This document shows positions 7,851-10,252 of a stretch of 10,252 nucleotides of DNA, piece by piece. Under the pieces are notes generated by a model. It worked only from the letters and a program-made list of their open reading frames with translations. It was not told the origin of the DNA and did no database searches. The DNA lies in assembly GCA_048941285.1 (NCBI GenBank), contig JBHLNS010000078.1:1-10252 (forward strand), written 5' to 3'. The DNA comes from Promethearchaeota archaeon. GTDB lineage: Archaea; Asgardarchaeota; Lokiarchaeia; Sigyniarchaeales; SOKP01. The translations under genes were made by a program, and so were the position numbers. Each line of letters starts with the position of its first letter. Position 1 is the first letter of the stretch.

Positions 7851-8161
7851 TAAAAATCAAATCCAATTTCTTTTATTATTGTGTTAAATAAAGTTTCTTT
7901 ATAATTTTTATAAGTGATTTCCATCTTTTCTTTAAAATCCTTTATCTTTTCTGTAATGAAATTATCCTCATTATTCAAATTTTCTGAGAGAGATTTTAAA
8001 GCTGATTCAACAATTTTACGATTATTTTCAATCCTCTCTTCCATATTTTTTTCTTGTTCAGTTCTTAATCTTTCCAATTCATCTAAGCTTTCTTTTTTAG
8101 CATTTTCAATTAAATTTTCATAAATTTTTTCAACTTCTTCAACCCATTCAAAAATTTTCAT
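7850..8161 (-). CDS. atpH: Probable peripheral-stalk subunit H (G homolog)
   Basis: 103-aa Glu/Lys-rich all-helical protein (LIENAKKESLDELERLRTEQEK) inside the operon. Size and composition fit subunit H/G, which is otherwise unaccounted for. There is no diagnostic motif. Confidence 0.75.
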   Translation of the reverse strand: MKIFEWVEEVEKIYENLIENAKKESLDELERLRTEQEKNMEERIENNRKIVESALKSLSENLNNEDNFITEKIKDFKEKMEITYKNYKETLFNTIIKEIGFDF

Positions 8162-8186
8162 AATGGTAACCCTTAGTTTTTCTTTA

Positions 8187-9245
8187 TTAATTTAATAATT
8201 TCAACTCTTCAAATTTCTTATTTATAATCTCAATTGCTTTGGGAATAATATTAAATCGAATTTCATTTTCTTTCTTGATAATAAGCTCTAATATCCTAAA
8301 AATTGTAATTAAGTCAATATCATCAATCCTTATTTTAAATTTTTTAAAATAATATTTAAGATATATTTCTTCAATTGAGTGAACTAAATGCTCTTGATCA
8401 ATAACAATATTTTTGTAAAATCTTTTTATTTCCTTAACATTTCGTATGTAGTTTTCTATTAACGAGATTAAAATGTTGAGATCCTTTATACTTAATAAAT
8501 AATCAATCTTGCCCTTATCTAAGAATAGATAATAATCTATGAGAAATTGCGCTAACAATTCCTTTTCAACATTATTTTTTAAACCGCGATAGATAGTATT
8601 TATATTATAGATTTCTGTTTTGTATTTTACAAAATCAATTATGATTTTTTTTTCTTTTGTATTCAAATTCTTTAACTGTTTTATCATATTTTCATAATAG
8701 AATTTATCTAAAAAAGCTTCTAAGACGAAAATTTCATTATAGTTTTTAAAATAAGAAATTCCTTCCCTTATAGGGATTTTATATTTAGTTTTGTTAAAAA
8801 ATAATTGAAATTGGTCTAAGGAAGAAATTTTTAACAAGTCTTCAATAAATTCTGTATTTTCTAAGTATTCTTCTGCCAAAAAATTAACTTTCTTTTTTTT
8901 TTTTTTAATTTCTATTCCTAGAATTGAAGCAATAATAATTTGTTTAATATTAATTATTTCATATTTTAGAAGATAATTTTTTAAAAATAATCTCATATTT
9001 GGTGGAGAATAAAGCATAATTTTTCCAACCATTTTAATATAATTATGATATAATGCTAACTCGATGTTTTCAATTGAGATTTTTTTAATCTTTAAATCGG
9101 GGTAAAAACGATTAATAGATTCTAAGACTCTATTGATATTTTTAACTTTATTAAAATTTTGCAGCGAATTTTCATCCATAATTAAAGTCCTTAAAAAAGC
9201 AATTTTAATAAATGTATAAGCATAAGATGGAACAATTGTGCTCAA
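8187..9245 (-). CDS. atpC: A/V-type ATP synthase subunit C (d/AC39 family)
   Basis: 352-aa soluble helical protein with family-like segments PSYAY, LLKYEIINIK, LEAFLDKFYY and EIYNINTIYRGL. TTG start with SD-like GGTGG 7 nt upstream. Confidence 0.9.
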   Translation of the reverse strand: MSTIVPSYAYTFIKIAFLRTLIMDENSLQNFNKVKNINRVLESINRFYPDLKIKKISIENIELALYHNYIKMVGKIMLYSPPNMRLFLKNYLLKYEIINIKQIIIASILGIEIKKKKKKVNFLAEEYLENTEFIEDLLKISSLDQFQLFFNKTKYKIPIREGISYFKNYNEIFVLEAFLDKFYYENMIKQLKNLNTKEKKIIIDFVKYKTEIYNINTIYRGLKNNVEKELLAQFLIDYYLFLDKGKIDYLLSIKDLNILISLIENYIRNVKEIKRFYKNIVIDQEHLVHSIEEIYLKYYFKKFKIRIDDIDLITIFRILELIIKKENEIRFNIIPKAIEIINKKFEELKLLN

Positions 9246-9252
9246 AAAATAA

Positions 9253-9257
9253 CCACC
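9253..9257 (-). promoter_or_regulatory. Shine-Dalgarno-like site for atpC (GGTGG)
   Basis: G-rich pentamer in an otherwise AT-rich spacer, 7 nt before TTG 9245. Confidence 0.55.
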
Positions 9258-9298
9258 AGATTGAAGAAAAGATACAAGTTTTAAATTTTAAAATAAAT

Positions 9299-9661
9299 TT
9301 ATATATATCCCGGAATCTTTGTCCATAAGAGTATAGCGATTATTAATCCATATATTGCTAATGCTTCACATAAAGCTACAACTAAAAACGCTTTAAAAAA
9401 TGTCTCCTCTCGTTCTGAAAGTGATGAAATTGCTGCCGTTCCAACTGTTTTTAATGCAATAGCACTTCCTAATACCGCTGCTGCGACTGATATTGATGCT
9501 GCAATTGCTAATGCTGCGGCGGTCGTTGTATTATAATAATCGTAATTAGTTCCTTGAGCAGAAACAAAGGTGATTAATCCATCAACTGAAAAAAATACAA
9601 TAAAAATTAATACAATTTGAAAAATTCCCATTAATAAATAAAATTTTTTTTTCCCATTCAA
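9299..9661 (-). CDS. atpK: A/V-type ATP synthase subunit K (c, proteolipid), single hairpin with N-terminal leader
   Basis: 120 aa with a C-terminal helical hairpin carrying the ion-binding Glu99 in ALCEALAIYGLIIAIL. The extra N-terminal basic plus hydrophobic segment ends in VSA-Q. TTG start. Confidence 0.95.
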   Translation of the reverse strand: MNGKKKFYLLMGIFQIVLIFIVFFSVDGLITFVSAQGTNYDYYNTTTAAALAIAASISVAAAVLGSAIALKTVGTAAISSLSEREETFFKAFLVVALCEALAIYGLIIAILLWTKIPGYI

Positions 9662-9679
9662 TAGGTCTCATCTTGATTT

Positions 9680-9735
9680 GTTTTAAAAAACATAATTTTA
9701 AATTATTATAATTAAATTATACGTATAAATCTATC
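9680..9735 (-). promoter_or_regulatory. Probable promoter region of the ATPase operon
   Basis: Non-coding AT-rich DNA just upstream of the first gene, with TATA-like TTTATA (9729-9724) and TTTAAAA-type boxes. The functional element cannot be singled out. Confidence 0.4.
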
Positions 9736-10099
9736 TATAAGGATTTGAAAGGACGCTTCAAAAGGATTAAGTAGTAGAATTTGCAATATTAATAATGTAA
9801 ATTTAGGTCATAGAACTACTACTATTTGTAATTTTGGATCAATAGTTAATTATTTTAAATTTATTGATATAGAGGTTTAAATTAATACTTTTTATATAAT
9901 GTAATTAATGTTATCTCCAAAATATGAAGAGTTTTTGACAGAATGTCCAATACAGGGAATATAATAATTGACAAATACTGAAAAGGTCTATGGCATTTCA
10001 AATTTATTGAATTTTAACTAATAATGATAAAGTATTAAACTTTCTGTAATTTATTTTAATATAATTTGAAAAAAATTACCTATATTATTTTGTATAAAT

Positions 10100-10252
10100 A
10101 TGATATTTCAAGGATTATTCAACATTTTAGAGTTGTATTTAAACAATATTGATTTTTTTTATAATAATATAGATAATTATTTTATACCAAAAATCATAAA
10201 TTCTTTTGGAAATAATGTAATAGAGAAAAAAGACTTAGATAGTCTCAACAAG
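10100..10252 (+). CDS. Probable divergent hypothetical protein, 5' part only (runs off the right edge)
   Basis: ATG at 10100 opens 51 stop-free codons to the window end: MIFQGLFNILELYLNNIDFFYNNIDNYFIPKIINSFGNNVIEKKDLDSLNK. No recognisable motif. Confidence 0.5.
   Translation, partial: MIFQGLFNILELYLNNIDFFYNNIDNYFIPKIINSFGNNVIEKKDLDSLNK

Noticed and set aside
4605-8123. Plus-strand ORFs 4605..4829, 5622..5831, 6002..6244 and 7914..8123
   Set aside because: They are short antisense shadows of atpB, atpA and the subunit H gene.
9908-9964. 18-codon plus-strand ORF MLSPKYEEFLTECPIQGI
   Set aside because: It is too short to distinguish from chance, with no clear SD or recognisable homology.
9935-9973. 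Perfect sigma70-like TTGACA (9935-9940), N19, TATAAT (9960-9965), plus a second TTGACA at 9968
   Set aside because: The spacer is at the long limit, TATAAT is common at this AT content, and the locus looks archaeal. It would be worth revisiting only if the contig proves bacterial.
1-10252. CRISPR arrays, tRNA/rRNA genes, transposases, inteins
   Set aside because: I saw no regularly spaced repeats, GC-rich structured RNA or mobile-element ORFs, and the A and B subunits are of normal length.

Overview
This very AT-rich window carries a complete A/V-type (A1Ao) rotary ATPase/ATP synthase operon on the minus strand, in the transcription order K(c)-C-H(G)-F-E-A-B-D-I. Two more minus-strand genes follow it: a 2-TM membrane protein with a C-terminal zinc ribbon, and the 5' end of a second, diverged catalytic subunit A paralog that runs off the left edge and is absent from the ORF track. 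The ORF track also misses subunit F, which has no ATG/GTG/TTG at its conserved N-terminus and appears to start at ACG in a TAACG stop-start overlap. Subunit D appears to start at ATT, and subunit E possibly at ATT/ATA. Subunit K has a signal-peptide-like leader and lacks the Na+ signature. About 440 bp of AT-rich spacer separates atpK from a probable divergent plus-strand ORF that runs off the right edge. An archaeal origin (possibly Asgard/Lokiarchaeia-like) is my inference from operon type and sequence style and is not verified.
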